A stretch of 64,000 bases of DNA from Nitrosopumilus sp. (GTDB lineage Archaea; Thermoproteota; Nitrososphaeria; Nitrososphaerales; Nitrosopumilaceae). Below, piece by piece: positions 19,732 to 30,307 of this stretch. The notes under the pieces were generated by a model. It made no database searches, was not told the DNA's origin, and was given only the letters and a program-made list of their open reading frames with translations. Made by a program: the position numbers and the translations under genes. Location: NCBI GenBank assembly GCA_965207445.1, contig CBDBLX010000002.1, forward strand, positions 224,001 to 288,000, given 5' to 3'. Within the stretch, counting starts at the first letter, position 1. Every line of letters begins with the position of its first letter.

Positions 19732-20940
19732 TTGACACTAGTCGCATTGAGTTTTGAGAAAGGATCTTTGATCTATGTCGAATATACAGCAAGTTTACAG
19801 TCCGATGGCAAGGTAATTGAGACTACTAATCAGACTACTGCACAAGCTCACTCTATATATGACGAAGAGGCACGATACGGCAAAAAACTTGTATCAATAA
19901 AGGAGATCAATTATCCGGTACTTGATGCATTGGCAAATGAACTATTAACTATGTCAGTTGGAGAACAACGACTCATTGAGATTCCACCTGAGCGCGCCTG
20001 GGGTACACGTGATCCTAAAAAGATACGCATGTATTCAATAAGAAAACTTGGCAAAGATGCTGAGAAATACTCTGTAGGAGATGCAGTAGAGATAGAAAAT
20101 AAAACTGGTATAATCCGATTTATAAGCTCTGGACGAGTGCAGGTGGACTTTAACCACGAGTACGCTGGTAAGACGTTGATTTATGATGTTATAGTTAGAG
20201 AACACCTGATAACTGATGATGAAAAGATCAAAGCAATTCTGCGTACAAAACTAGCTGATAGTGGTGATGTGGAGCATGACCTAGACGACGATAATAATGA
20301 ACTTTTTGTCTCCCTTATTGGCGATGTGCTGTCCTTGCCAAATTTACAATCTGCAAAACGTCTTGTTGTACGTGATCTGTTTAAATTTATACCAAATCTG
20401 CACCTTATTAATTTCTTAGAAGGCTACACAAATCCATCAACACAAGGTGTACTCAATAATGCTTCTTCTATTTCAGACCAACTGTCCTCTTTGGATATGG
20501 GTAGTGATGATGATGATGATGAAGAAGAAGAAATTGATGATATCACTGATGGTGAAGTAGACCCGTACGTTGATGATGCTGATGATGATGATGCACTTGT
20601 TTCTGATGAACAGACAGATGTGCATGATAAAACTGATTCTAGTGTTGGTGGTAATGATGATGGTAGTGATAATGATGATGGTAGTGATAATGATGGTGGT
20701 GATAAAGCATATGAAGAAAATGATAACGAGGATAGTACTGAACATTCGATCTTTAATGATCAAAAAAACATTAATGATAATGTGGATGCTGACTTTGAAT
20801 CAATTATGGATGACAGCGACAACAACAGCGACAACAACAGCGACAACAACAGCGACAACAACAGCGACAACAACAGCGACAACAACAGCGACAACAACAG
20901 CGACACAAAAACAACAGACACAAACAACACCCAAAACTAA
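19732..20940 (+). CDS. Long-type archaeal FKBP peptidyl-prolyl isomerase with acidic low-complexity tail
   Basis: IPPERAWG, SGRVQVDFNHEYAGKTL; D/E/N-rich C-terminus. Confidence 0.9.
   Translation: MTLVALSFEKGSLIYVEYTASLQSDGKVIETTNQTTAQAHSIYDEEARYGKKLVSIKEINYPVLDALANELLTMSVGEQRLIEIPPERAWGTRDPKKIRMYSIRKLGKDAEKYSVGDAVEIENKTGIIRFISSGRVQVDFNHEYAGKTLIYDVIVREHLITDDEKIKAILRTKLADSGDVEHDLDDDNNELFVSLIGDVLSLPNLQSAKRLVVRDLFKFIPNLHLINFLEGYTNPSTQGVLNNASSISDQLSSLDMGSDDDDDEEEEIDDITDGEVDPYVDDADDDDALVSDEQTDVHDKTDSSVGGNDDGSDNDDGSDNDGGDKAYEENDNEDSTEHSIFNDQKNINDNVDADFESIMDDSDNNSDNNSDNNSDNNSDNNSDNNSDNNSDTKTTDTNNTQN
20815..20904 (+). repeat. 12-bp coding tandem repeat (AGCGACAACAAC) x7.5
   Basis: Perfect units encoding SDNN. 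Confidence 0.95.
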
Positions 20941-21078
20941 CATATTACTATACAACTAACAAAAACTAACTATACCTTAATTGAGCATACACAGTAATTT
21001 TTTTACCTTTATACTATCAAAAAATGCTTGAAACAAAGTTATTAAAAGGCTAAAATACACTGGCAAATAGGTGATTTT

Positions 21079-21717
21079 TTGTCACGAAATAGTATTGAAA
21101 ACAAGATATTACATGGAACCACGACTGTTGGCATACGTGCAAGCGATGGGATAGTTTTATGCGCCGATATGCGCGCCTCTGCTGGCTACTTTATTGCAAA
21201 CAATAACACAATGAAGATACAAAAAATAGATGACCATGCAGGTTTGACCCTTGCAGGTGGTGTTGCTGATGCTCAAAACATAGTTGACATACTACGATAT
21301 CATGCTGGATTGCACAAAGTTGAAAAGGGTGGATTTATCAGTATACATTCACTTGCACGACTATGTTCTCTGATATTTCATCAGAACCGTGGTTATCCAT
21401 TTATCGCAGATATATTGGTAGGGGGATATGATGATGAACAAGGCCCTGCTTTATTTAACATTGATATGTTTGGCTCAGTTGAACCAAAGTCCTATGTCAC
21501 AACAGGTAGTGGCTCTCCTGTAGCATATGGGCTCTTGGAAGCAGAATATTCAAAAGATATTACCGTATCTGAAGCAAAAGAAGTTGCTCTTCGTGCAGTC
21601 AAAGCAGCAATCGTTAGAAATATCGGGACCGGTGATGGTATCAACGTGGCTGTAGTTGACCAAAATGGATTCAAACTTTTGACAGATGAACAAAAGAAAT
21701 CAGTAATTAAACTCTAG
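21079..21717 (+). CDS. psmB: Proteasome beta subunit
   Basis: HG/TTTVG processing site, ADMRAS, TGSGS. Confidence 0.96.
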   Translation: MSRNSIENKILHGTTTVGIRASDGIVLCADMRASAGYFIANNNTMKIQKIDDHAGLTLAGGVADAQNIVDILRYHAGLHKVEKGGFISIHSLARLCSLIFHQNRGYPFIADILVGGYDDEQGPALFNIDMFGSVEPKSYVTTGSGSPVAYGLLEAEYSKDITVSEAKEVALRAVKAAIVRNIGTGDGINVAVVDQNGFKLLTDEQKKSVIKL

Positions 21718-21724
21718 TGATATA

Positions 21725-23683
21725 ATGCAAAAAAAACAAATGTCGACACCACCTCTATCAACAAGTGGTCCTCCACCTGACACACAAAGCGTAATGGCCA
21801 TCATATTGCAAAATATACCAAAAGAGGCCAACGTCACAAAGATCGAGTATGAGGGGCCCCGTATTGCACTATACTCTAATACGCCTAGATTTTTGTTAGA
21901 ACACAACGAACGTATAGCGCGCCTAGTTAACATTATCAAAAAACGCATCGTTGTTAGAACATCAGAATCTATTCGCAAAAGCGAAGATGAAGCTCGTAAA
22001 TTAATTGCCAAATATGTGCCACAAGAAGCAGGATTACAAGGTGCCATTTTTGATACCACAACAGGTGAAGTCTCAATTGAGGCAAAGAGGCCGTGGATCT
22101 TGCAACGAAAGTCAGATGATTTTAATCAATTTGATCTTATAGATAAGATTGGGTGGCGTCTTCGTATACGCAAATCCACTACATTACCATCACGAACCAT
22201 TCAGATGATAAATGCCACATTAAAACAATCATCTGCTGAGCGTAGTAAACAGTTCAAGCAGGTGGGTGATGAGATATTTCGGCCCCGACTATCACAGCGC
22301 ACAGAAGTATCTCTGTATACGTTAGGTGGCTTTGGCCAAGTGGGGCGCTCTTGCATGTTATTATCTACACAAGAAAGCAAGATACTAGTTGACTGTGGAA
22401 TAAATCCTGGTGCGCGTTTGGCAGCAGATGCGTATCCGAGACTTGACTCACTGAACCTCACACTAGGTGACTTGGATGCAGTTGTAATTGGTCATGCACA
22501 TCTTGATCATACTGGATTTTTACCTGTCTTGTGCAAATATGGATACAAGGGACCAATCTATTGCACTGAACCTACACTACCTATGATGAATCTTATACAG
22601 CTTGATGCCATAAAGGTGGCCACGGCCCAAGGAAGAGTGCCCATATATGCTGAGCGTGATGTAAAGCAGGTAATGCGGCAATCAATTACATTACCATACG
22701 GGACGGTAACTGATATATCCCCTGATATCAAGTTGATATTTGCAAATGCTGGACACATATTAGGCTCTGCTCTGTGTCATTTTCACATTGGAAATGGAGA
22801 ACACAACTTTGTGTATTCTGGTGATATAAAATTTGGAAAGTCTATACTCTTTGAGGCAGCAGACTTTAGGTTCCCGCGTGTTGAGACTTTGTTAATTGAG
22901 AGCACATATGGACTGCGAGAGGATATACAACCAAGTAGACAAGAGGTAGAGTCAGCATTCATCAATGCTGTAAACAATACACTTGCAGACGGTGGTAAGA
23001 TATTGATCCCAATTCCTGCTGTAGGACGTGCTCAAGAGATCATGATGGTAATTGATCATTATATGAAGTCTGGTGAGATGATAGAAGCACCCGTGTTTAC
23101 AGAAGGTATGATATCAGAAGCATCTGCTATACACGAGTCGTATCCTGAATATTTGGCACGTGAGTTAAAACAAAAGATACTAGAGACTGACGATAATCCA
23201 TTTGACTCTGAATACTTTACAAATATTGAACATGCAGATGACAGAGAAGAGCCGTTGCGTGAGGACTCTCCGTGTATAGTACTTGCCACTTCTGGTATGT
23301 TGGAAGGTGGGCCTGTCTTGGAATACTTTAGGAATATTGCACCACATGAAAACAACAAACTATTGTTTGTATCATATCAGGTGAATGGTACGATGGGTAG
23401 ACGTGTTCTTGATGGCTCACGACAAGTGACGATGGCAGGCAAGGCAGGCAAAGTCGAGGTTGTAACTGTTAACTGTGCAGTCGAGAAACTAGATGGGTTT
23501 AGTGGGCACAGTGATTATAATCAACTAATGGCGTTTGTACAAAGGATGCGCCCCAAGATCAGACGTGTGCTTGTAAATCACGGCGAACGTAAAAAATCAG
23601 ATAGTCTGACAGTTAACATACGTCGTAACTTTAGAGTAGCTGCTCATAATCCACAGATACAAGAAGCAATAAAGCTATTTTAG
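21725..23683 (+). CDS. fttA: beta-CASP ribonuclease aCPSF1 (FttA)
   Basis: N-terminal KH region, LGGFGQVGRS, HAHLDH, AGHILGS, FSGHSD. Confidence 0.95.
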   Translation: MQKKQMSTPPLSTSGPPPDTQSVMAIILQNIPKEANVTKIEYEGPRIALYSNTPRFLLEHNERIARLVNIIKKRIVVRTSESIRKSEDEARKLIAKYVPQEAGLQGAIFDTTTGEVSIEAKRPWILQRKSDDFNQFDLIDKIGWRLRIRKSTTLPSRTIQMINATLKQSSAERSKQFKQVGDEIFRPRLSQRTEVSLYTLGGFGQVGRSCMLLSTQESKILVDCGINPGARLAADAYPRLDSLNLTLGDLDAVVIGHAHLDHTGFLPVLCKYGYKGPIYCTEPTLPMMNLIQLDAIKVATAQGRVPIYAERDVKQVMRQSITLPYGTVTDISPDIKLIFANAGHILGSALCHFHIGNGEHNFVYSGDIKFGKSILFEAADFRFPRVETLLIESTYGLREDIQPSRQEVESAFINAVNNTLADGGKILIPIPAVGRAQEIMMVIDHYMKSGEMIEAPVFTEGMISEASAIHESYPEYLARELKQKILETDDNPFDSEYFTNIEHADDREEPLREDSPCIVLATSGMLEGGPVLEYFRNIAPHENNKLLFVSYQVNGTMGRRVLDGSRQVTMAGKAGKVEVVTVNCAVEKLDGFSGHSDYNQLMAFVQRMRPKIRRVLVNHGERKKSDSLTVNIRRNFRVAAHNPQIQEAIKLF

Positions 23684-23962
23684 GTCATACTGAGGCTTCC
23701 ATATCTTGATGTTTGAGGGTGCTATAATGATACGCTCTTCCCCTAACCTTGCAATGTCTGCATTGTGTGCTTTGGCAGTTGTGTATATTGCATCTATGAT
23801 CTCTCGGAGCTTTCCTACATCCTTTTGTGCTAGAGGTGTGACTCGAAGTATCAATATGATATTCTTTTTAATGTCCTCTTTGATTGCATGAATGTCACTT
23901 GGATCCTTGAGACTCATTGCCTTTATGTAGGTGGGATTGTTCTGTTTTTGCACACTATTCAT
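23675..23962 (-). CDS. SepF-like (DUF552) protein
   Basis: IKEDIKKNIILILRVTPL...DIARLGEERIIIAP. Confidence 0.75.
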   Translation of the reverse strand: MNSVQKQNNPTYIKAMSLKDPSDIHAIKEDIKKNIILILRVTPLAQKDVGKLREIIDAIYTTAKAHNADIARLGEERIIIAPSNIKIWKPQYDLK

Positions 23963-24001
23963 GTCCCTTGCTGTGTAAACACTTTCTATAATTGTTGTGT
24001 T

Positions 24002-25153
24002 TTAGAGAATCTTGAATTTTATGTATGATTCTTCAGTAGCTGGTGTTGCTTGTATATGTTGTATTGTATGGTTGCCATCTTTACCCCCCCCTACATGCTT
24101 GACTGTTACAGTATATGTTGTGGTAATGTTCTTTGGGGCATCGGAATATCGAAGGGTAATTGATGCAGTGAATTTGATAATATCATCTTGAATTTTACTA
24201 CTGCTACGTATTATCGACACAGGTCCCGTAAAGTCTTTTGCTTCTAGTAATATGTCCCCTGGCAGTGCTATTGCTTCGATGAGATCATTTTCATCTTTGT
24301 TTCTACCCACCACCATTTTGGTTTGCTCATCGAATCTAAAGTGTCTACCTACTTTTAACAAGTCAATGTCATTTATGGTAGGCATCTCTGTGTGATCAAA
24401 CAGATCCTTTGCTTTTATACCAAATTGTGGTTCTGTTAGCAAGCAACCACCGCCTGCATTGGGAGGATCTTCAATGTTAAACTCTTTTGCCATCTGGAGT
24501 TGGGTACGTCTTGTTCGCCCTCTTATCTTTCCCATGTCTTCTCGTTTGATGAGTCCCTCTATCTCTGGATCGGTCTTTGGCAACAGCGCTGCTGAAAGTG
24601 GTCTTACTATCTTACCTTGTAGTTGAGACTCTTTTTCTATTGTGCGTAGTGCAGGTCCATGTTGACTCATAGGGCGCTGTCCTAGTACCTCACCTGATAT
24701 CACAAACTCAGCACCAATCTCATTCATATGCTCTTTGGCAGCATCAAACATCATGGAACGGCAGTCAATACATGGGTTAAACCCCGCACCTCTCCCATAT
24801 TTGGGGCTCTTTAACATCTTGATGTATTCGTCTCCGAGATACACTGTCTTTAGGTTTATTCCAAGATCATCTGCCCTCTCTCTGATCTCAAAACCACACC
24901 CCCTCCCGCAATCAAAGTCACAAAATGGTGTCTTAATTGCCACAGCAGATACCTCAAAGCCTTGCTTTTGCATCATTTTAACTGCAAGTTGACTATCAAG
25001 TCCACCTGAGAGTAGAGCCACTACCTTTTTCTTTTCTTTATTGCTGTTGCTATTATCATTATCATGATCACTATAATTATGATCACTATAATTATTATCG
25101 TTGCTCTGTTCACTGTTTGTAGCTGGCATCACATCTGGCATCACATCTGACAT
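24002..25153 (-). CDS. PP-loop ThiI/MnmA-like tRNA-modifying enzyme with C-terminal DUF814-like domain
   Basis: SGGLDS, NPCIDCR, GEVLGQRPMSQ, GGCLLT, VGRHF, VGRN. Confidence 0.85.
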   Translation of the reverse strand: MSDVMPDVMPATNSEQSNDNNYSDHNYSDHDNDNSNSNKEKKKVVALLSGGLDSQLAVKMMQKQGFEVSAVAIKTPFCDFDCGRGCGFEIRERADDLGINLKTVYLGDEYIKMLKSPKYGRGAGFNPCIDCRSMMFDAAKEHMNEIGAEFVISGEVLGQRPMSQHGPALRTIEKESQLQGKIVRPLSAALLPKTDPEIEGLIKREDMGKIRGRTRRTQLQMAKEFNIEDPPNAGGGCLLTEPQFGIKAKDLFDHTEMPTINDIDLLKVGRHFRFDEQTKMVVGRNKDENDLIEAIALPGDILLEAKDFTGPVSIIRSSSKIQDDIIKFTASITLRYSDAPKNITTTYTVTVKHVGGGKDGNHTIQHIQATPATEESYIKFKIL

Positions 25154-25359
25154 GTACTAGCATGATTTGTGTCCTTTATACAAGCTTTGAAATGTGTATT
25201 TTTTTCAGATAATAGTTAATACAGAGAGCTACCTTTGATTCAAATCCAAACTCTTATTCACGCCAAACAATACCAAAAAAATCTAATTGTAAACTATGGT
25301 TTTAACATGATGAGGGATAAAATACAAGATTAATACCATTCAATATTTGCATACCATAC

Positions 25360-26439
25360 ATGAACAAACGAGATCAAATTCTTTTAAATCATGCAGACAA
25401 AATTAACTGTGATACACTAGTCGCATTCAAACCAGAGAACATATTTTACATGACAGGTTTTTGGGGGGAAGCAGTTGCCATACTGCACAAAGGACACCCT
25501 ACTGTGATTGTGGCACCTGAATTAGAAGTATCTAGAGCAAAATCAGAATCAAAGGACTGTGATGTTCTTGTAGCTGAGCGCAGCATGCAAGGATTGTCTA
25601 CAAGCGTCGTCAAGATTCTCAAAGAACGTACCTGCAAAAATATATGCACTGATTGTGACGATTACCAGTCCGTGACATATATGAAGCGTAAATTCCCAAA
25701 AATAAAACAGAATAAAGACACATTTTATTCTGCAAGAATGATCAAAGATGAATCGGAGATACGCACTTTAAAAAAAGCATCTAAAATAATAGATAATCTA
25801 TTTGATATATGCACACACAAACTACACGTGGGCCAAAGAGAGTCAGACATGCAGTCAATTTTAATGGCAGAAGCATCCATGTTAGGTGCATTTGATACTG
25901 GATATGCCTCTACACTAAACCCCCTCATTATTGCAGGTGGTCCCAATGGAGCTCTACCTCACGCTCAAGTATCGCAACGAAAGTTCAAGAAAGGGGATCT
26001 TGTTGTAGTTGATCTAACATTGAGATATGATGGGTATGTATCTGATGCAACTCGAACGTTTGCCATGGGTAATACAAACAATAAAGCACGCATCATATAT
26101 GATATTGTGCACGAGTCCCAAAAGGGTGGACTAGACTCTGTACGCTCAAATGCATCGTGTAAGTCTGTGGATGATGCGTGTCGTTCTTTTATCGACTCTC
26201 GTGGATATGGCAAGTACTTTGTTCACTCTACCGGACACGGCGTCGGACTAGAGGTTCATGAGATGCCTATAATATCACAAAAATCACAGACAAATTTACA
26301 AAAAAATATGGCAATAACTGTTGAGCCGGGGATATATGTTCCTGGTAAGCTTGGTGTTCGAATTGAGGATACGCTTGTTGTGCGTGATAGAAAACCTCTC
26401 ATACTGCATAAATTTACAAAAGAATTGATTCATGTGTAA
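25360..26439 (+). CDS. Xaa-Pro aminopeptidase (M24B)
   Basis: PH, D...GYVSDATRT, HSTGHGVGLEVHE, TVEPGIY, GVRIED. Confidence 0.94.
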   Translation: MNKRDQILLNHADKINCDTLVAFKPENIFYMTGFWGEAVAILHKGHPTVIVAPELEVSRAKSESKDCDVLVAERSMQGLSTSVVKILKERTCKNICTDCDDYQSVTYMKRKFPKIKQNKDTFYSARMIKDESEIRTLKKASKIIDNLFDICTHKLHVGQRESDMQSILMAEASMLGAFDTGYASTLNPLIIAGGPNGALPHAQVSQRKFKKGDLVVVDLTLRYDGYVSDATRTFAMGNTNNKARIIYDIVHESQKGGLDSVRSNASCKSVDDACRSFIDSRGYGKYFVHSTGHGVGLEVHEMPIISQKSQTNLQKNMAITVEPGIYVPGKLGVRIEDTLVVRDRKPLILHKFTKELIHV

Positions 26440-26475
26440 TATTGTTGTTAATCTGATTATTTATTAAGTTATATT

Positions 26476-27114
26476 TTAATCATAAAAATTCACCAAATCT
26501 ATGATATATTTGGACTTTACATTATCTGAAGTTATTTTACCCGAGTCTGTATTTACTATCCAAAAATATTCTTGATTTCCATCTTTAGAGTTGATATTCA
26601 TTGTAACATTGTATGTGTTTGATGATACATTTGATGATACATTTGATGATACATTTGATGGCGTATTTGATGGTATATTATTGGATGTATCATATATGAC
26701 AATGTCAATTGTTGTCTCTTTTTCACTAAACACTCTGTCACCTAATTCCTCTGTAACCAATTGCGATATGGCTTCTTTGATGGTGTATCCTGTTTCATCT
26801 GGGCCATTATATGACATCAGGGCATCTAGTACAATTTGGTCATCTGCCTCTAGTACTGGTAGTACGTCATCTATACTACCCTTTGTTAATTCTGGTATGA
26901 CAAATATCAAAAAGAGTGCAACTAGTCCCAAGTATATGGGTGCACGTTTTTTGAGAAATGACTTAAAACTTGAATCTGATGATGATGATGATGAGGACAG
27001 CAAATTTTTATCGCTTCTTTTACTATATTCGTCTTGATGTTTTTTATTGCTCTTTTTTCTCTTGTCTCGGGCCATATATGGTATACTTTGTCCCTTGTTA
27101 TCAACGCATCGCAA
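26476..27114 (-). CDS. Hypothetical single-TM protein
   Basis: Long ORF, TM segment IYLGLVALFLIFVIP; start may be MARDK. Confidence 0.7.
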   Translation of the reverse strand: MRCVDNKGQSIPYMARDKRKKSNKKHQDEYSKRSDKNLLSSSSSSSDSSFKSFLKKRAPIYLGLVALFLIFVIPELTKGSIDDVLPVLEADDQIVLDALMSYNGPDETGYTIKEAISQLVTEELGDRVFSEKETTIDIVIYDTSNNIPSNTPSNVSSNVSSNVSSNTYNVTMNINSKDGNQEYFWIVNTDSGKITSDNVKSKYIIDLVNFYD

Positions 27115-27934
27115 CTAGTACCAGCACTTGCCATGGAAATGTTATGATGCCATTTTCATCAGTGTATGGCTTGGTGTTGCATTTGATCTCTTCTCTGAAT
27201 TTTTTCTTCTTTGTCCTTCCTAGAGCATCAATCTTTTCTTTTAATGGTTTTGAGACATACCTCTGATAATCCCTCCAGTAACTCTCAAATGTACCTGGAC
27301 TATACTCAAAGGTATAATCTTTAATTGCAACATTTGTAAATCCTGCATTATATACTACCTTTTTTAGCTCTTTTTTTGTAGAGTATCTGTCTAATTGAGG
27401 CGTATCTTTTGGTATGTAATCTTTGATGAATTTCTCTGCTGCATCTAATATGGAGCCATAAAATGGTGCCCTGTCTCTGCTACCATGCACCACTATACCT
27501 ATCTTACCTGTTTTCTTGAGGTTGCGTCGCATATTTTTGAGCGCCCTTGTTGCATTAGGAAAAAAGAACAGTCCATACTGGCATGTTATTACATCAAACT
27601 TTGTTGCAAATGCCATATTCTCTGCATCTGCATTTACAAACAGGATGTTGTGTGCATTTTCTTTTTGCGCTATTTTGATTGCTGATATTGACATGTCAGC
27701 TCCCACTACTAGTCCGTTATTTGATGTTGTATGGTTTAGCATTTTTGTGACCATACCTGTTCCACACGCAACATCAAGTATTGTATCGTCTTTGTGTACT
27801 TTGAGATCTTGTAGTAGTTTTTGTGTACTCTGAAGTGGACCGTGCATTTTAGATGCCCACCTTTTGTGGTATCTGGGAGCTAATTCGTTCCATGTGTTCA
27901 TGTTTGATTTTTTGTATGTGTTATGCATGATCAT
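27101..27934 (-). CDS. Class I SAM-dependent methyltransferase (UbiE-like)
   Basis: ILDVACGTG, GADMS, DAE, FDVITC. Confidence 0.9.
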   Translation of the reverse strand: MIMHNTYKKSNMNTWNELAPRYHKRWASKMHGPLQSTQKLLQDLKVHKDDTILDVACGTGMVTKMLNHTTSNNGLVVGADMSISAIKIAQKENAHNILFVNADAENMAFATKFDVITCQYGLFFFPNATRALKNMRRNLKKTGKIGIVVHGSRDRAPFYGSILDAAEKFIKDYIPKDTPQLDRYSTKKELKKVVYNAGFTNVAIKDYTFEYSPGTFESYWRDYQRYVSKPLKEKIDALGRTKKKKFREEIKCNTKPYTDENGIITFPWQVLVLVAMR

Positions 27935-29345
27935 TATTCTTGTGATTCTTTATTTTAGAGTACTCTTGTTCTATTGCATTTTTAATGAATTTTACAACAT
28001 GCTCTTTTTTGTGCCAGCCAGACTCTTTTACATCACTTTTTTTGGGACCCGTTATTGTAATTACATTATTCATATTAGGATTTTTTTGATATTTTTTGCC
28101 AATGTCATTTGCAATCATCATATCTGCGTGATATTTGGTCATTGCAGTACGTGCAGATCTTATCAGTGATGTGTTTGATACGTTTGCTTCTGCTTTAAAT
28201 CCAACCAAAAATACATCCTTTTGAAGATTTTTTATAGTTGATATTGTCTTTGGTGTCTTTTTGAGGTGAATCATATATTCTGACATGTCACTTTTTATCT
28301 TTGTGTGCTGTTTATGAGTTGATACTGGCGTGTAATCCGATATGGCTGCTGCCATTATAACTATATCAAATCTTCTCTTTTTGAGTTCTGCATGTATTGC
28401 ATTGTGCATTTGTTTGCTTGTCTCTACTTTGATTATCTTGGCGCCTTTGGGTGGTTCGTGTCGTCCTGGACCATATATTATGGTCACCTTGGCTCCTGCT
28501 AATATCATGTGAGATGCTAGTACAACACCTGTCTTACCTGAGCTGTTATTTGTGATCATCCGAACTGAATCGATATACTCTACTGTGGGGCCTGCGCTCA
28601 ATAGTATATGTTTGCCATAAAGAGGTGAGCTTTTTGGAGCAAATTTTGAGATGATCTGTTCTAGTACGTATTCGGGTTCTGGTGCCTTTGCTTTTCCCTC
28701 TATTATCTGGGGGCCAATAAATGTGACTAATTTTTTCTTTTTCTTTTTGCTACCACTATTGTTTTTTTGACTGTTGTCACCATTACTACTACTACCACCA
28801 CCACCATTACCATTACCACCACCAAGAAATTCAATATTTCGTAGCACTGCCGGATTCTCATACATTGACTCGTGCATTGCAGGGCATATCACAATCGGAA
28901 TCTTTGAGCCAAGCGCTACTGTCAATACAGTTGACACGGGAGCATCATCCATACCATTTGCTAGTCTGCCTATGGTATTTGCAGTAGCAGGATACACAAT
29001 CACAATATCAGACCTGTTATAGTCTGCAAGCCTAATGTGCTCTAGATCACCTGTCAGATCTGTTATTACATCATTTCCTGTTGCCCATTTCAGATACGCG
29101 GGTCGAATCAGTCTAGTTGCAGCCTTGCTTGCAACACACGTGACACTAGAACTTCCATGTCTCATCAAAAGTCGTGCTAGCTCGATTGCCTTGTATGCTG
29201 CAACACTTCCTGATATGCATAGTACTATTCTTTTACCACTTAATTCTGTACCACTTGCAGATACAATATCTAAGGATGGATGCTTTTTGTTCTTCACTGT
29301 TGTGTTTAAGATATCTGTTCTCTTTTTATATGTCACTGTAATCAT
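27921..29345 (-). CDS. coaBC: Phosphopantothenoylcysteine decarboxylase/ligase
   Basis: GSVAAYKA, PATANTI, PAMH, AGPT.E, N.SSGK.G, AAAISD, VGFKAE. Confidence 0.95.
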   Translation of the reverse strand: MITVTYKKRTDILNTTVKNKKHPSLDIVSASGTELSGKRIVLCISGSVAAYKAIELARLLMRHGSSSVTCVASKAATRLIRPAYLKWATGNDVITDLTGDLEHIRLADYNRSDIVIVYPATANTIGRLANGMDDAPVSTVLTVALGSKIPIVICPAMHESMYENPAVLRNIEFLGGGNGNGGGGSSSNGDNSQKNNSGSKKKKKKLVTFIGPQIIEGKAKAPEPEYVLEQIISKFAPKSSPLYGKHILLSAGPTVEYIDSVRMITNNSSGKTGVVLASHMILAGAKVTIIYGPGRHEPPKGAKIIKVETSKQMHNAIHAELKKRRFDIVIMAAAISDYTPVSTHKQHTKIKSDMSEYMIHLKKTPKTISTIKNLQKDVFLVGFKAEANVSNTSLIRSARTAMTKYHADMMIANDIGKKYQKNPNMNNVITITGPKKSDVKESGWHKKEHVVKFIKNAIEQEYSKIKNHKNNDHA

Positions 29346-30307
29346 CTATCTATATTGTATTTCTTTTGAAATAATTGATACTCTTCGTTTTTCATACTAA
29401 ACTCGTTGTTTTTTGTGGGAAACTGACCGCTCTTAACATCACTTACATATGATGCGACCACTTTTGTGATATCATCTGCCAAATTACAATATCTCTTTAC
29501 AAACTTTGGTTTCAACGCATCGTACATTCCAAGCATATCATGTATTACTAGTACCTGCCCGTCGCATTTTGCACCAGAACCTATTCCTATTGTGGGTATG
29601 CTCACTGATTCTGTAATTGCTTTTGCTACCTCATGAGTCACCATCTCAAGCACTATTGCATATGCACCTGCCTCTTCTAATGCTATGGCATCTGATACAA
29701 GTCTTTTGGCCTCTTGTGCTGTTCTTCCCTGTACTCTATACCCATCTACAAGTGTTGCTGTTTGTGGTTGCAGTCCAATATGTCCCATTACGGGTATTCC
29801 TGCATCTACAATGCCCCTTACCCTTGATAGTACTGTCTCTGCCCCGCCACCTTCTACCTTTACAGAGTCTGCTCCTGCTTTGATGAGTATTCCTGCATTC
29901 TTGATTGCATCTGTGGTACTTGTTTGATATGACATAAATGGCATATCTGCGACTATAACAGCACTCTTTCTTGCTCTATACACTGCACTCACAAATATAC
30001 ACATATCATTGACAGTCACGTGCACTGTACTGTCGTATCCGAGCATCACCATGGCGGCACTGTCCCCTACCATCAAGATATCAACTCCGCCTCTATCACA
30101 CAACGATGCAAGTGTATAGTCATAACTTGTGACTATTGCTATGGGCTCGTGTTGGGCCTTTTTTTTGAGAATATCGCGTATTGTTTTTCTTTTTGCTGCT
30201 GTTGCTGCTGTTGCTGCTGTTCCTGTTGCTACGTTTGTTGCAGTGTTGCCTGCAACAGTGTTTGTTGCAGCATCACTTACTGCATTACTTGTTACATCAC
30301 ATGTCAT
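29342..30307 (-). CDS. panB: Ketopantoate hydroxymethyltransferase
   Basis: TSYD, VGDS, ADMPFMSY, VKVEGG, GHIGL.PQ, IGIGSG, DGQVLV. Confidence 0.96.
   Translation of the reverse strand: MTCDVTSNAVSDAATNTVAGNTATNVATGTAATAATAAKRKTIRDILKKKAQHEPIAIVTSYDYTLASLCDRGGVDILMVGDSAAMVMLGYDSTVHVTVNDMCIFVSAVYRARKSAVIVADMPFMSYQTSTTDAIKNAGILIKAGADSVKVEGGGAETVLSRVRGIVDAGIPVMGHIGLQPQTATLVDGYRVQGRTAQEAKRLVSDAIALEEAGAYAIVLEMVTHEVAKAITESVSIPTIGIGSGAKCDGQVLVIHDMLGMYDALKPKFVKRYCNLADDITKVVASYVSDVKSGQFPTKNNEFSMKNEEYQLFQKKYNIDR

Noticed and set aside
16503..20959. Poly-Met, poly-Ser, poly-Ile and poly-His alternative-frame ORFs
   Set aside because: They are shadows of trinucleotide repeats inside real genes.
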